Assembly: GCA_965214785.1 (NCBI GenBank)
Contig: OZ243975.1
Coordinates: 56,430-120,429, forward strand
Source: Arenicellales bacterium
GTDB taxonomy: Bacteria > Pseudomonadota > Gammaproteobacteria > Arenicellales > JAJDZL01
Length of the DNA stretch: 64,000 nucleotides
Direction: 5' to 3'
Of this stretch, positions 1 to 10,483 are shown piece by piece. The notes below the pieces were generated by a model. The model made no database searches and was not told where the DNA came from. It was given only the letters and a program-made list of their open reading frames with translations. The translations under genes and the position numbers were made by a program. Each line of letters starts with the position of its first letter. The stretch's first letter is position 1.

Positions 1-245
1 TGTTTCTTCAGCTGTTTCAGCCGGTGAAGTGGCATTCAAACCTGACTACCATTGCCGAATCCGGAGTCGATACGATTATTGAATTTGGAGGCGGATTGGG
101 GCAGGGCAGCAACCCGTCGGAAAAAAGGCCTAATTTGGCAGGCATGATTGCCAGAGCCTTTCGACGGGTGAAACCGCGCCCTGCGTATTATTCCGTAATT
201 AGCGAACATACGCTGCAAAACACTCTGGCACAACTAAAAAGTTAG
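1..245 (+). CDS. C-terminal fragment of a FabD-like acyltransferase (malonyl-CoA:ACP transacylase family); 5' end lies outside the window
   Basis: The frame is open from the window edge to the stop at 243-245. The peptide ..PVKWHSNLTTIAESGVDTIIEFGGGLG.. resembles the VRW...G.....E.GPG C-terminal block of FabD-type acyltransferases. Confidence 0.4.
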   Translation, partial: FLQLFQPVKWHSNLTTIAESGVDTIIEFGGGLGQGSNPSEKRPNLAGMIARAFRRVKPRPAYYSVISEHTLQNTLAQLKS

Positions 246-406
246 TCAATAACGCCGATTCTTTGCTGTCATGCAAAGCACAGCTCACACCATTGACTGC
301 GACTGGCAACGTTGGTAAACGAATCAACCGTCGATTAGCTAACCGATTTTGTCGGATACCGATTCGATTATTATGCGACGCCAAGAAAATGCTACAGGTG
401 CGTGGT

Positions 407-811
407 TCAGACCTGTTCGATTTCTATGAGCGTTCCACAGAAGTCTTTCGGATGCAAGAACAAAACCGGCTTTCCGTGTGCACCTGTTTTGGGCTCGCCG
501 TCGCCGAGAATTCTCATTCCTTTTTGGACAAGACTGTCACGTGCAGCTATGATGTCATCGACTTCGTAGCAAAGGTGATGAACTGCACCGGCCGGATTGT
601 TGTCAAGGAATCGGCGAATCGGCGAATCGGCACCGAGGGGGTGTAGCAGTTCAATTTTTGTATTTTGAAGATTAACAAATACCGTTGTAACCCCATGTTC
701 GGGAAGAGGCAGCGGGTCTGATACATTTGCGCCTAAAGTTGTGCGGTAAATTTCGCTTGCCGCTTCTAAATCAGGCACAGCAATTGCAACGTGATTGAGA
801 CGTCCAATCAT
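407..811 (-). CDS. mce: Methylmalonyl-CoA epimerase (VOC/glyoxalase fold)
   Basis: 134 aa. The N-terminus reads LNHVAIAVPDLEAA and the HHLCYEVDDI and GKPVLFLHPKD blocks are typical of methylmalonyl-CoA epimerase. It overlaps the pccA stop by 4 nt and is the last gene of the propionate operon. Confidence 0.85.
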   Translation of the reverse strand: MIGRLNHVAIAVPDLEAASEIYRTTLGANVSDPLPLPEHGVTTVFVNLQNTKIELLHPLGADSPIRRFLDNNPAGAVHHLCYEVDDIIAARDSLVQKGMRILGDGEPKTGAHGKPVLFLHPKDFCGTLIEIEQV

Positions 812-2808
812 ACGCGTTCTTGTTCAAATTCAATCATGGGTTGATCAGCAGCGACGCTTTCGCCTTTGTTCACTAGAACTTTCGCAATCTTGCCATCTCG
901 TTCACATCGAAGAATGTTTTCCATTTTCATCGCTTCGATAATTGCAACCGTGTCACCGGTTCTGACTTGCTGTCCGGATTCGACATGAACTTCAACTAGT
1001 AAGCCTGGCATTGGAGACTTCAGAAAATCCGAAGACACGTCAGACTTTTTTGTCAGCATGTAGCGGTTGTATTGAGCAGCGGTGGGTGTAAGGATTCTAA
1101 AAGTGCCTCGGCAGCCAAAATAGTCAATCTGATAAGCCATTGCTTTTCTTTCAATCTGCACCGAGTAGTCTGTGCCATCGAGTTTGAAACAAAACAACCG
1201 TTGCCCTGGATTCCATGAATGTTCAATGGAAAAGTTCTTGCCGCTTTCAGTGATTGCTTTGTGGCCATTTTTTGTTTTTAGGATTTGTATTGCAAAACTA
1301 TTGTTGTCTGTGATTGCAACCCATCGGGTAATTGCTGTCCAGTTGCGCGTATTTAACTGTCCGCCAATCGTCGCGCTGCGAATCTCGCTGATGTAGTGTG
1401 CTATTGTGACGATTGCCGCAGCCAGTTCGGTTTGTTCGCTCGAAGCGGTTTCGTGGTCGTAGCCATCCGGAAATTCCTCACCGATAAATGTTGTATTCAT
1501 TTGCCCGTTTAACACTGTGTCGTGTCGCACCAGAGTCTGAAGAAAGGGCAGATTACTGCGAACCCCGCAAATCTGAAACTGATCGAGTGCACTAGCCATT
1601 TTAGCGAACGCATCATTTCGACTTTCACCGTGAACGATAAGTTTTGCAATCATCGGGTCGTAATACATGGACACTTTTCCGCCTTCTGTTACACCGGAAT
1701 CAACGCGTACGCTGGGCGTTTGCTGCGGTGGGCGGTAGCGCGTTAATCGACCGGTTGACGGAAGGAAATTTCGCGATGGATCTTCTGCATATATTCTCGA
1801 CTCAACTGACCAGCCTGCAGCACAAATATCGCTTTGGCGTACAGTTAACTCGTCGTTCGCTGCAATTCGGATCATCCATTCAACCAGATCGACCCCTGTG
1901 ACAAATTCGGTTACAGGGTGCTCAACCTGCAATCGGGTATTCATTTCAAGGAAATAAAAGTCCTGGCTGGCATCAACCACAAATTCAACAGTTCCTGCCG
2001 AAACATAATTTACAGCCCGGGCCAGTGCAACGGCCTGCTCAGTAATCTTGTTTCTGGTTTTGTCGTTCAAAAACGGCGAGGGCGCTTCTTCGATCACTTT
2101 TTGGTGTCGCCTTTGCAAGGAACACTCTCGTTCTCCCAAATGAATGGCATGACCGTGTTTGTCGCAAAGTACTTGAACTTCAATGTGGCGGGGCTGTTCG
2201 ATATATTTTTCAACAAATACCCGATCATCTCCAAAATGTGTTTTTGCCTCACTTTGGGAACGGACAAAACCTTCCTTGCACTGTTCGTCATTGTAGGCCA
2301 GTCGCATGCCTTTCCCACCGCCTGCCGATGTGGGTTTGAGCATTACCGGATAGCCGATTTGCTGAGCCAGTTGTACTGCGTGTTGCGGATTTTCAATGAC
2401 ATCATCAAATCCTGGAATGACATTGACACCTGCGTCACGCGCAATTTTTTTTGAGGTGATCTTGTCACCCATCGCCTCGATTGCGTCTGCGCCAGGACCG
2501 ATGAATTCGATTCCTGTTTTGGCCAGTTGTCCTCCAAATTCAGTGTCTTCGGATAAAAACCCATAGCCCGGATGTACGGCGTCCGCATTGGTTTTCTTAC
2601 ACGCCTGGATAATAGCTGCTGTATTGAGATAACTGTCCGCTGCAAGTGCTGAGCCGATTCGTTGAGCTTCATCTGCACACTGCACATGCAGTGCATTGGA
2701 ATCAGCATCAGAATAGACTGCGACCGTGGCAATGCCCATGTGTTTGGCGGTGCGGATAATGCGACAGGCGATTTCCCCGCGATTTGCGATCAGTAGTTTT
2801 TTGAACAT
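808..2808 (-). CDS. pccA: Propionyl-CoA carboxylase alpha subunit (biotin carboxylase + BCCP)
   Basis: MFKKLLIANRGEIACRIIR biotin-carboxylase N-terminus, ATP-grasp core, and a C-terminal biotinyl motif EAMKMEN. The start was moved to the ATG at 2808 because the longer ORF to 2955 would overlap pccB by 140 nt. Sits 7 nt downstream of pccB. Confidence 0.9.
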   Translation of the reverse strand: MFKKLLIANRGEIACRIIRTAKHMGIATVAVYSDADSNALHVQCADEAQRIGSALAADSYLNTAAIIQACKKTNADAVHPGYGFLSEDTEFGGQLAKTGIEFIGPGADAIEAMGDKITSKKIARDAGVNVIPGFDDVIENPQHAVQLAQQIGYPVMLKPTSAGGGKGMRLAYNDEQCKEGFVRSQSEAKTHFGDDRVFVEKYIEQPRHIEVQVLCDKHGHAIHLGERECSLQRRHQKVIEEAPSPFLNDKTRNKITEQAVALARAVNYVSAGTVEFVVDASQDFYFLEMNTRLQVEHPVTEFVTGVDLVEWMIRIAANDELTVRQSDICAAGWSVESRIYAEDPSRNFLPSTGRLTRYRPPQQTPSVRVDSGVTEGGKVSMYYDPMIAKLIVHGESRNDAFAKMASALDQFQICGVRSNLPFLQTLVRHDTVLNGQMNTTFIGEEFPDGYDHETASSEQTELAAAIVTIAHYISEIRSATIGGQLNTRNWTAITRWVAITDNNSFAIQILKTKNGHKAITESGKNFSIEHSWNPGQRLFCFKLDGTDYSVQIERKAMAYQIDYFGCRGTFRILTPTAAQYNRYMLTKKSDVSSDFLKSPMPGLLVEVHVESGQQVRTGDTVAIIEAMKMENILRCERDGKIAKVLVNKGESVAADQPMIEFEQERV

Positions 2809-2815
2809 TGGATGC

Positions 2816-4348
2816 TTACAATGGAATGTTGCCGTGCTTTCGCCACGGATTGTCAAGTTTTTTGTTACGCAGCATCTCCAATCCCCGACACAGACGTTGC
2901 CGTGTTTTTCGCGGCATGATGACATCATCGATAAAACCGCGGCTTGCTGCAACAAATGGGTTAGCGAATTTCTCCCTGTATTCCTCGGTTCTTTTGTCGA
3001 TCTTTTTCTGATCCGACAGTTCCGAGCGAAAAATAATTTCCACCGCCCCTTTGGGTCCCATTACTGCGATTTCCGCACTCGGCCAGGCAAGATTTATGTC
3101 GCCGCGCAAGTGCTTCGAACTCATCACGTCATATGCGCCTCCATATGCCTTGCGGGTGATCAATGTAACCTTGGGTATTGTTGCTTCGGCGTAGGCGTAC
3201 AAAAGTTTGGCGCCGTGGCGGATAATACCCCCGTGCTCTTGCGCTGTACCCGGCATAAATCCTGGAACATCGACAAATGTAATTACTGCAATTCCAAACG
3301 CGTCGCAAAATCGCACAAATCTGGCTGCTTTGTTCGAAGAATGAATGTCCAGGCATCCGGCGAGCACCATTGGCTGATTGGCAACCACTCCCACCGTGAC
3401 ACCTTCCATGCGTGCGAAGCCAATGATGATGTTTTTGGCATGATCGCTTTTGAGTTCGAAAAATTCTTCCTCATCCACAACTTTCACAATCAGCTCTTTC
3501 ATATCGTAAGGTTGATTTGGATCTTCTGGGATAAGCGTATCGAGTGACGGCTCATCCCGAAAACGGGAGTCGTTAGAGCTTCGAGCCGGAACTTTGCTTT
3601 GATTGTTCAGCGGCAGATAGTCAAAAAACGACCTCAAGCTGGCGCAAGCTTCTATATCGTTTTCAAATGCACCGTCGGCGACACCCGATTGCTCGGTGTG
3701 CGCACTGGCACCACCTAACTGTTCGGCGGTCACATCTTCGTGGGTAACGGTTCTGGTCACGTCCGGGCCGGTAACAAACATATAAGAACTTTCCCGAACC
3801 ATGAAAATAAAATCTGTGATAGCAGGCGAATACACGGCGCCACCGGCGCAAGGACCCATAATGACAGAGATTTGAGGGATAACGCCCGATGCAAGTACGT
3901 TTCGCTGGAAGATGTCTGCATAACCGCCTAATGACGCGACTCCTTCCTGGATTCTCGCACCGCCTGAGTCATTTATGCCGATTACCGGCACACCGATTTT
4001 CATTGCCTGATCCATGATTTTGCCGATTTTTTCTGCATGAGCCTCCGAAAGAGAGCCCCCGTAGACCGTAAAATCCTGGCTGAAAACAAATACCGCGCGG
4101 CCATGAATTGTGCCGTAACCGGTAACTACACCATCCCCTGGAATCTTGTTGTCAGCCATGTCGAAGTCGGTACAGCGGTGTTCAACAAACATATCCCACT
4201 CTTCGAAACTGCCTTCGTCCAATAACAGGTCGATTCTTTCGCGCGCAGTCAGCCGTCCCTTACTGTGTTGTGCATCAATACGTTTTTGTCCGCCACCGAG
4301 CCGTGCGGCCTGTCGTTTTCTTTCAAGTTGTTGAATTATTTTTTGCAT
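2816..4348 (-). CDS. pccB: Propionyl-CoA carboxylase beta subunit (carboxyltransferase)
   Basis: 510 aa with the typical length and blocks of the family ([41 protein letters not shown]). Confidence 0.92.
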   Translation of the reverse strand: MQKIIQQLERKRQAARLGGGQKRIDAQHSKGRLTARERIDLLLDEGSFEEWDMFVEHRCTDFDMADNKIPGDGVVTGYGTIHGRAVFVFSQDFTVYGGSLSEAHAEKIGKIMDQAMKIGVPVIGINDSGGARIQEGVASLGGYADIFQRNVLASGVIPQISVIMGPCAGGAVYSPAITDFIFMVRESSYMFVTGPDVTRTVTHEDVTAEQLGGASAHTEQSGVADGAFENDIEACASLRSFFDYLPLNNQSKVPARSSNDSRFRDEPSLDTLIPEDPNQPYDMKELIVKVVDEEEFFELKSDHAKNIIIGFARMEGVTVGVVANQPMVLAGCLDIHSSNKAARFVRFCDAFGIAVITFVDVPGFMPGTAQEHGGIIRHGAKLLYAYAEATIPKVTLITRKAYGGAYDVMSSKHLRGDINLAWPSAEIAVMGPKGAVEIIFRSELSDQKKIDKRTEEYREKFANPFVAASRGFIDDVIMPRKTRQRLCRGLEMLRNKKLDNPWRKHGNIPL

Positions 4349-4382
4349 CTGCTTTTTTTCGGTCGCGAGGCTTTCAGTTTGT

Positions 4383-6533
4383 TCAGTTCGATTCTAGGCG
4401 CTGTTCAATCAACGAAATGACTTCGGGAATTGTATCGAGTATTCGAGTGCCAGGTCCGTAGACTGCCGACACTCCACTTTTTTTGAGAACCTCGATGTCT
4501 GCTGGTGGTACTACGCCTCCACAGATCACAACAACATTTTCCGCTCCATTTTTTCTTAAACCCTCAATTACCTGTGGAACAAGTGTCTTGTGTCCCCCAG
4601 CCTGCGTAGAGATGCCAACTAAATGGACATCGTTGTCTATAGCCTGGCGAACCACTTCTTGCGGTGTCTGAAATAGTGCACCGATATCCACTTCGAATCC
4701 AAAATCAGCATAAGCTGTAGCAATTACCCGAGCACCGCGGTCATGGCCGTCTTGTCCTACTTTGGCAATTAACGCTCGCGGCCGCCTGCGATGTTCGTCG
4801 ACGAACGAGTTGACGACACAGCGAATTTCAGAAACTTCCTGCGCCTTGCTGACTTCAGCGCCATAGACGCCGCTGATTGACTGAGGCACTGCGCGGTGTC
4901 TTCCGTACACCTTTTCTAGTGCCGCTGTGATCTCGCCGACTGTAGCCCGTTTTTGCGCTGCGTTGATTGCAAGTTCAAGCAACCCCCACTGATCCGATTC
5001 GGCACGCTGTGTGAGAGCCTCAAGAGCACTTTTGCATTGACTTTCATCCCGTTGGGTGCGAATTTGATGTAAACGTTTGATTTGACTTTCTCGAACCGCA
5101 CGATTGTCTACCTCAAGAAGTTCAATTTGACTTTCCTGGTCATCATGATAGCGGTTGACTCCAACGACTGACTCGTCACCGGTGTCGAGTCTTGCTTGGC
5201 GTTTTGCGGCAGATTGCTCAATCCTTCTTTTCGGCAATCCGTGCTCTACCGCCAGCGTCATTCCGCCGAGCTTTTCGACTTCGTCGATCAGTTTACGAGC
5301 TTCGCTAATCATCGAAGCGGTCAAACTCTCGACGTAATACGACCCGCCGAGCGGATCAACAACATGCGACAGTCCGCACTCTTCACGCAGGATCAATTGC
5401 GTGTTTCGGGCGATTTTCGCTGAAAAATCGGTTGGCAAAGCGAGCGCTTCATCAAAAGAATTTGTGTGCAGCGACTGAGTGCCGCCAAGTATTGCAGCCA
5501 GTGCTTCGATTGTGGTGCGGATGATATTGTTGTGCGGTGACTGACTGGTCAAACTGACACCGGAAGTCTGACAGTGCGTGCGCAACATCAAGGAAGCCGG
5601 GTTTTTGGGCGCAAACAGGTTTTGCACAAGGTCAGACCAAAGGTATCGCGCTGCGCGCAGTTTGGCAACCTCCATGAAAAGATTCATGCCAATGCAAAAG
5701 AAAAATGACAGCCGCGGTGCAAATTCATCAACCGCCATGCCTGTAGACAAAGCTGCGCGAATGTATTGAATTCCGTCGGCGATCGTATATGCCAGTTCCT
5801 CTACACAGGTAGCTCCAGCTTCCTGCATGTGATATCCGGAAATCGAAATCGGATTGAATTTTGGCATGTGTGCAGCACTGTGACGAATAATGTCGGCAAC
5901 AATTTTCATTGACGCAGCAGGTGGGTAGATGTATGTGTTGCGCACCATGAATTCCTTGAGAATATCATTTTGAAGCGTACCGGATAATTGTTCCGGTTTG
6001 ACTCCTTGCTCCTGTCCGGCAACGATAAACATGGCCAGCACCGGCAGCACAGCTCCGTTCATTGTCATAGACACAGAAATCTTGTCCAGTGCAATTTCGT
6101 GAAACAGAATTTTCATATCTTCAACACTGTCGATTGCTACGCCGGCTTTGCCCACATCACCGACCACGCGTTCATGGTCAGAGTCGTATCCGCGGTGAGT
6201 TGGAAGATCGAATGCGACTGACAGCCCGGTTTGTCCCATTTTGAGATTGTCGCGGTAAAATCGATTGGATTCTTCGGCCGTTGAAAACCCTGCATATTGT
6301 CTCAGCGTCCATGGCCGACCCGCGTACATGGTGGCTCTGGGCCCGCGCAGATACGGCGCAAGGCCTGGCATCGTGTTGAGGTGTTCCAGTTTCGCCAGGT
6401 CGTCTGCGGTATAAACAGGCTTGACTTCGATGCCTTCAGGCGTGTTCCAGACAAGTTCATCAGGACTCTTGCCCTTCAGTTCTTTAGCTGCCAGGTCGTT
6501 CCAGTCGGAAAGTGACGGTTTTTTGGAATTCAC
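4383..6533 (-). CDS. mcm: Methylmalonyl-CoA mutase, single-chain large form with a C-terminal B12-binding domain
   Basis: 716 aa. The mutase TIM-barrel region contains FTGELGF-type blocks. The C-terminal cobalamin motif GQDGHDRGA is followed by [10 protein letters not shown]. Confidence 0.92.
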   Translation of the reverse strand: MNSKKPSLSDWNDLAAKELKGKSPDELVWNTPEGIEVKPVYTADDLAKLEHLNTMPGLAPYLRGPRATMYAGRPWTLRQYAGFSTAEESNRFYRDNLKMGQTGLSVAFDLPTHRGYDSDHERVVGDVGKAGVAIDSVEDMKILFHEIALDKISVSMTMNGAVLPVLAMFIVAGQEQGVKPEQLSGTLQNDILKEFMVRNTYIYPPAASMKIVADIIRHSAAHMPKFNPISISGYHMQEAGATCVEELAYTIADGIQYIRAALSTGMAVDEFAPRLSFFFCIGMNLFMEVAKLRAARYLWSDLVQNLFAPKNPASLMLRTHCQTSGVSLTSQSPHNNIIRTTIEALAAILGGTQSLHTNSFDEALALPTDFSAKIARNTQLILREECGLSHVVDPLGGSYYVESLTASMISEARKLIDEVEKLGGMTLAVEHGLPKRRIEQSAAKRQARLDTGDESVVGVNRYHDDQESQIELLEVDNRAVRESQIKRLHQIRTQRDESQCKSALEALTQRAESDQWGLLELAINAAQKRATVGEITAALEKVYGRHRAVPQSISGVYGAEVSKAQEVSEIRCVVNSFVDEHRRRPRALIAKVGQDGHDRGARVIATAYADFGFEVDIGALFQTPQEVVRQAIDNDVHLVGISTQAGGHKTLVPQVIEGLRKNGAENVVVICGGVVPPADIEVLKKSGVSAVYGPGTRILDTIPEVISLIEQRLESN

Positions 6534-6583
6534 TGTTAACCCTGTCAGTCAAGAATCGACTATTGTGCGATACTCTCGTCGAG

Positions 6584-8479
6584 TCAGTTTTTCGGGTAAC
6601 CGATAGAATTGAGCGCTTCGGTAATTTCATCAAGAATCACCGGGTCGTCAATGGTCGCAGGCATTTTCCACGGTTCGGCGTTTGCGATTTTCTGCATGGT
6701 GCCTCTTAAGATTTTGCCCGAGCGGGTTTTTGGCAGCCGCTTGACGACGACAGCTTGTTTGAATGCTGCAACAGGTCCGATTTTTTGCCGAACCAGTTTG
6801 ATACACTCATCAACGATTTCATTATCGCTGCGTTCACAACCGGAGTTCACAACCAGAAACCCCAGCGGCAACTGGCCCTTTAGTGAATCGTTCACACCGC
6901 TTACAGCACATTCGGCAACGTCCGGGTGGGAAGTCAGCACTTCTTCCATTGCCCCGGTAGACAGTCGATGGCCGGCAACATTGATGATGTCGTCTGTCCG
7001 GGACATGACAAAAACATAACCGTCTTCGTCGATATACCCGGCATCAGCGGTTTTGTAATAGCCTGGAAATTCCGCCAGATAGGTGTCATAAAAACGCTTT
7101 TTCGCATTCCACAGGGTTGGAAAAGTCCCAGGTGGCAAAGGAAGTCTTGCGACCAAAGAGCCGATTTCGCCAGCGGCAACCGGTTCATTGTTTTCGTCAA
7201 CCGCTTGCAGGTCCCATCCGGGAACCGGCTTTGACGGCGACCCTTCTTTTATCGCAATTGTCTCGATTCCAATGCAGTTGGAACATATCGACCATCCTGT
7301 CTCGGTTTGCCACCAATGGTCTATTACCGGAACTTGAAGTTTGTCTTCAGCCCAGTGCAGCGTATCGGGGTCGGTTCTTTCTCCTGCCAGAAACAATGTG
7401 CGAAAACATGACATGTCATGTTTTTTCAAGTGCTCTGCGGTGGGGTCTTCTTTTTTTACGGCTCGAAAGGCGGTTGGCGCAGTGAAAAGTGTGGACACGT
7501 TATGCTGCGAAATTACCCGCCAAAACGCCCCAGGATCAGGTGTTCCGACAGGTTTACCTTCATACAGGATTGTTGTGTTCCCGGCAAATAGCGGTGCGTA
7601 AATAATGTACGAATGTCCAACTACCCATCCCACATCGGAGGCGGCCCAGAACACTTCACCTGGTTCCACACCATAGATATTTTTCATCGACCATTTCAAT
7701 GCGACAATGTGCCCGCCGGTGTCTCGGACAACTCCTTTTGGCTGTCCGGTTGTGCCTGATGTGTAGATGATATAAAGCGGATCGGTTGCTTTGACTGCGA
7801 CACAGTCTACAGGTTGTGCCTGCGCCATTTGTTCATTCCAGCAGTAATCTGTGCCATCGATCATTTTTGCCTGTGCTTCAGGGCGCGGAAATACCACGCA
7901 GGCCGCAGGTTTGTGTGACGAAAGTTCAATTGCTTCATCTACCAAAGGCTTGTATTCGATGACTCGTCCCGGTTCGAGTCCGCACGATGCGGTTATGATC
8001 ACAGTAGGCGTTGCATCGTCGATACGCACTGCAAGCTCATTCGATGCGAACCCGCCGAACACTATTGAGTGAATTGCTCCTAAACGGGCACAGGCCAATA
8101 CTGCGATCACGGTCTCAGGAATCATCGGCATGTAGACAACAACCCGGCTGCCTTTTTCAACTCCTAAAGACCTCAGAACACCGGCAAATTTAGCTGTCTC
8201 GTGTGTCAATTCCCGATAGGTGTAACGGCGCACTTCACCGGTCATTGCTGAATCGTAAATCAGTGCATTTTGATCTGCACGTCCTTCGGTCAGATGCAAA
8301 TCCAGTGCGTTATAACAGGTGTTGAGTTCACCACCGCTAAACCACCGGTAGTAGGGTTTGTCAGTGTCATCAAGCACTTTGTCCCAAGGTTTGTCCCAAT
8401 GCACGTCTTTAGCGATCTCACCCCAGAATTGGACTGGATCGTTGAGAGACTTTTGGTATTCAGATTGAAATCGGCTCAT
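6584..8479 (-). CDS. prpE: Propionate--CoA ligase (acyl-CoA synthetase, AMP-forming)
   Basis: 631 aa. AMP-binding signature YTSGTTGQPKG, PrpE/Acs-like N-terminus (YQKSLNDPVQFWGE) and C-terminal RSGKILR. It is the first gene of the operon with mcm-pccBA-mce. Confidence 0.85.
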   Translation of the reverse strand: MSRFQSEYQKSLNDPVQFWGEIAKDVHWDKPWDKVLDDTDKPYYRWFSGGELNTCYNALDLHLTEGRADQNALIYDSAMTGEVRRYTYRELTHETAKFAGVLRSLGVEKGSRVVVYMPMIPETVIAVLACARLGAIHSIVFGGFASNELAVRIDDATPTVIITASCGLEPGRVIEYKPLVDEAIELSSHKPAACVVFPRPEAQAKMIDGTDYCWNEQMAQAQPVDCVAVKATDPLYIIYTSGTTGQPKGVVRDTGGHIVALKWSMKNIYGVEPGEVFWAASDVGWVVGHSYIIYAPLFAGNTTILYEGKPVGTPDPGAFWRVISQHNVSTLFTAPTAFRAVKKEDPTAEHLKKHDMSCFRTLFLAGERTDPDTLHWAEDKLQVPVIDHWWQTETGWSICSNCIGIETIAIKEGSPSKPVPGWDLQAVDENNEPVAAGEIGSLVARLPLPPGTFPTLWNAKKRFYDTYLAEFPGYYKTADAGYIDEDGYVFVMSRTDDIINVAGHRLSTGAMEEVLTSHPDVAECAVSGVNDSLKGQLPLGFLVVNSGCERSDNEIVDECIKLVRQKIGPVAAFKQAVVVKRLPKTRSGKILRGTMQKIANAEPWKMPATIDDPVILDEITEALNSIGYPKN

Positions 8480-8699
8480 AGTCGAAAATTGGTGGAAATT
8501 ACAAATTCAATAATTGTTGGCATCATTTTGATACGTGACAAAACCTACAAATATATCAATTGCGGGTGCAAAAAAGAATTTGGCAGGCGATTGATGCTCA
8601 CATATTCTTCATGTCGTAGACTTACAGCAATGATACCGTTATAAACCGAAACGTATTTTGATGGTAGTCTGTTCAGGCACTTGTTCCATATATTAATGG

Positions 8700-9241
8700 T
8701 TCAACGATCGATGTCAACGGCGGACAACACATGTACCTGATTCCAATCGATGAAGTTCGTAGCATCAAGAAACATTCCAATCGATGCCTTTACGACACCG
8801 AGGAAAGCCGCTGCGTGACCTTGTGCATTTAATGCCACGCGTCGCATTAAAGACACCGCTGGTGCTGAATTGGGTCATCTGGTTAAGACCGACAATCGCA
8901 AGTTCATTGGCAGGAAAATTGTGCTAAGACGCAGTGAGTCTGCGAATAACTGGTGTATGAAACTGTTCGCGATTCAGTTCGATGATATCGATGCTGTTCT
9001 ACCCGCGTTCGGTTGATCAAGGTGAGCAGGTTGTTGGTATTGTTACCTCGGGTGCTCATGGTCATCGAACCGGCGAATCCCTGGCACTGGTCTATTTGAC
9101 AGACAAAGCAGACATCGACGCCGGGTAGTTTGAAGTTCAGGTGATTGGGGACAGGTATCGCACGACAATGTTGGAAGACTCGCCTTCGATCCGAAAAACA
9201 GTTTAATGCGACATGAAAGCGCTGTGAAATTTCAGGCTTGA
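8700..9241 (+). pseudogene. Decayed 3' remnant of a GcvT-family aminomethyltransferase domain (C-terminus of a dimethylglycine/sarcosine-dehydrogenase-like or GcvT-like gene)
   Basis: Reading by eye gives ..AGAELGHLVKTDNRKFIGRKIVLRR..LFAIQFDDIDAVLPAFG, ending at a TGA at 9014-9016. In another frame from 9021 it reads GEQVVGIVTSGAHGHRTGESLALVYLTDKADIDAG, then an in-frame TAG at 9126-9128, then FEVQVIGDRYRTTMLEDSP. A further 1-nt shift is needed to read FDPKN.. to the stop at 9239-9241. No ORF of 60 aa or more exists here. The left boundary is approximate. Confidence 0.6.
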
Positions 9242-9328
9242 TCGATCGATTTATTTGGGTAAATTAATCTGAGTATAATAAGTAAATTAGGATACTATTC
9301 CTAATAAACTTAGTAAATGCGGATATAA

Positions 9329-10483
9329 ATGGACAATCTGTACAAGAGAGTGTGTCGGCTATCATTGCCTCTCGGTCAATCGGCTTTTCTTTGGGGACCG
9401 CGGCAAACTGGTAAATCTACGCTGCTGAAACAGCAATTTGCGAATAGCATAAATTTCGACTTGCTTAATGCCAGGACAATGCTGCGCTTCATGTCTGCGC
9501 CAAATACCCTTGGTGAAGAGCTTCGCTCATTTGGTTCAGTCGCTTATGGCGAACCGGTCATCATTGATGAGATTCAGAAAGTCCCCTCACTATTGGATGA
9601 AGTCCACCGGTTGATTGAGTCAGAAAACATGAGCTTTGTGCTCTGTGGCTCCAGTGCCAGAAAACTCAAGCGCACTGGTGTAAATCTACTTGGCGGCAGG
9701 GCTTGGAAGTTCACTTTGCATCCACTAACCTGGAGTGAGGTGCCCAGTTTCGACATGCTTACTGCGATGTCAACTGGAATGTTGCCAGGACTCTACGCGA
9801 AAAAGTTCGCTCATAGGTCACTTAGGGCATACGTACAGGACTATCTAACTCAAGAAGTGATCAATGAGGCGCTGGTTAGAAATGCAGCTGGCTTTTCTCG
9901 ATTTTTCGACACTTTGCCGTTTTGTCATGGACAGATGCTGAATTTTTCTGCAATCGCTCGTGATTGCGCTGTCGATGCGAAAACCGTTCGCGTGTATTTT
10001 GATATTCTGGTTGACACACTGGTGGGGCACCTGATTTTTCCATACACAAAGAAAACTAATCGTCGGACAATTTCGACTGCTCCAAAATTCTATCTATTTG
10101 ATATCGGAGTGGCAAATTACATTTTGGGTAATGCAATCAACAATTCGCACGGCAACAACTTTGGACAGAGTTTTGAACATTTTATTTTTCTCGAACTTGT
10201 GGCGGCCAATAGTTACCAGGAATGGGATATGAAAATCAAGTACTGGCGCACGAATAGTGGTCTTGAGGTGGATTTTGTTTTAGGTGACGGATCGGTAGCG
10301 ATTGAGGTGAAAAGCCGTATTCACCCGAGTGATTTACGTGGGATGAAAGCATTCGTTGATGAGTTCAAACCTCAAAGGTCGATCATAGTGACATCAGATC
10401 CCATCAATCGGGTTGTTGATGGGATCGAAATATTGAACTACGAGTATTTTCTTGATCAACTTAATCAGGGCAAGTTGCTGTGA
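9329..10483 (+). CDS. AAA+ ATPase of the AAA_14/DUF4143 type with a restriction-endonuclease-like C-terminal module
   Basis: 384 aa. Walker A GPRQTGKSTLLK, Walker B VIIDEIQKVP, and the DUF4143-type middle region (FSRFFDTL..NFSAIARDCAVDAKTVRVYFDIL). The C-terminus reads GLEVDFVL...AIEVKS, a PD-(D/E)xK-like pattern. Confidence 0.75.
   Translation: MDNLYKRVCRLSLPLGQSAFLWGPRQTGKSTLLKQQFANSINFDLLNARTMLRFMSAPNTLGEELRSFGSVAYGEPVIIDEIQKVPSLLDEVHRLIESENMSFVLCGSSARKLKRTGVNLLGGRAWKFTLHPLTWSEVPSFDMLTAMSTGMLPGLYAKKFAHRSLRAYVQDYLTQEVINEALVRNAAGFSRFFDTLPFCHGQMLNFSAIARDCAVDAKTVRVYFDILVDTLVGHLIFPYTKKTNRRTISTAPKFYLFDIGVANYILGNAINNSHGNNFGQSFEHFIFLELVAANSYQEWDMKIKYWRTNSGLEVDFVLGDGSVAIEVKSRIHPSDLRGMKAFVDEFKPQRSIIVTSDPINRVVDGIEILNYEYFLDQLNQGKLL

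Noticed and set aside
808-2955. The 715-aa version of the pccA ORF
   Set aside because: The extra 49 N-terminal residues would overlap pccB by 140 nt and precede the canonical MFKKLLIANRGE biotin carboxylase start. The ATG at 2808 was used instead.
2726-3547. 273-aa plus-strand ORF, and similar long antisense ORFs at 1918-2454, 17677-18132, 39646-40227, 47907-48347, 49344-49964, 54842-55261 and 52370-52807
   Set aside because: All lie antisense to, or out of frame within, strongly supported conserved genes. Their products are low-complexity or Cys/Arg-rich, typical of shadow ORFs.
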